A stretch of 64,000 nt of DNA, from positions 1 through 64,000 of the forward strand of contig CAVTBV010000002.1 in assembly GCA_963733095.1 (NCBI GenBank), given 5' to 3'. Below the pieces are notes generated by a model that worked only from the letters and a program-made list of their open reading frames with translations, searched no databases and had not been told where the DNA came from. Of the stretch, positions 63,754-64,000 are shown in pieces. The stretch comes from Candidatus Bathyarchaeota archaeon (GTDB lineage: Archaea > Thermoproteota > Bathyarchaeia > Bathyarchaeales > Bathycorpusculaceae). The position numbers and the translations under genes are program-made. Numbering within the stretch: position 1 is the stretch's first letter; the number at the start of each line of letters is the position of its first letter.

Positions 63754-64000
63754 TTGTTTTTTTATTTTTTCTATTTCTTCACGGCTTGGTTTCTTTGGGT
63801 AATTGTATAGGGGTCCGCTTGGTTTTTCGTTGTAGAAGGGGCGGTTGCAGTCGGGGCAGCCTGAAGTTTGGAAAGGCAAGCCACTTTCAACCTCGGCATT
63901 TAACGCTTCGTTTGTGAGTCCGTAGCCTGCGATTTTGCCTTCGCCGTCAAACCGCATGTCTGCATGTTTTGTCTTGCCATTAACTATTAAGTATCGTGCA
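63745..64000 (-). CDS. C-terminal part of a radical SAM protein (truncated by window end)
   Basis: FQTSGCPDCNRPFYNEKP..LYNYP, typical of an archaeal biotin-synthase-like radical SAM family. Confidence 0.6.
   Translation of the reverse strand, partial: ARYLIVNGKTKHADMRFDGEGKIAGYGLTNEALNAEVESGLPFQTSGCPDCNRPFYNEKPSGPLYNYPKKPSREEIEKIKKQLR

Overview
Archaeal chromosomal window, most consistent with Bathyarchaeia (inferred from archaeal-type LeuRS, a Cren7-like protein, a CdvB-CdvA-CdvB-CdvC/Vps4 ESCRT locus, PEF-CTERM surface proteins and Zn-ribbon tyrosine recombinases ending in RKRK). Core genes (leuS, apgM, cdv operon, ppa, LeuA-family synthase) alternate with accessory blocks. These are a decaying integrated element left of tRNA-Pro(GGG) (1-9.1 kb), a tandem-integration hotspot with chimeric att-like sites and a tungstate ABC transporter (35.6-43.1 kb), and a provirus-like island with three PEF-CTERM genes, a HEPN-motif protein and an integrase (53-62.3 kb). 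Six integrases or integrase remnants are visible. The most interesting candidate system is at 15.4-19.3 kb: an unannotated 17-aa peptide ORF ending in Gly-Trp-Leu, with a strong RBS, directly upstream of a degenerate ComQ-like trans-prenyltransferase, an MFS transporter and a radical SAM/SPASM enzyme. This could be an archaeal prenylated-peptide (ComQX-like) signalling or RiPP system. All family assignments come from motif recognition by eye; no database searches were run.
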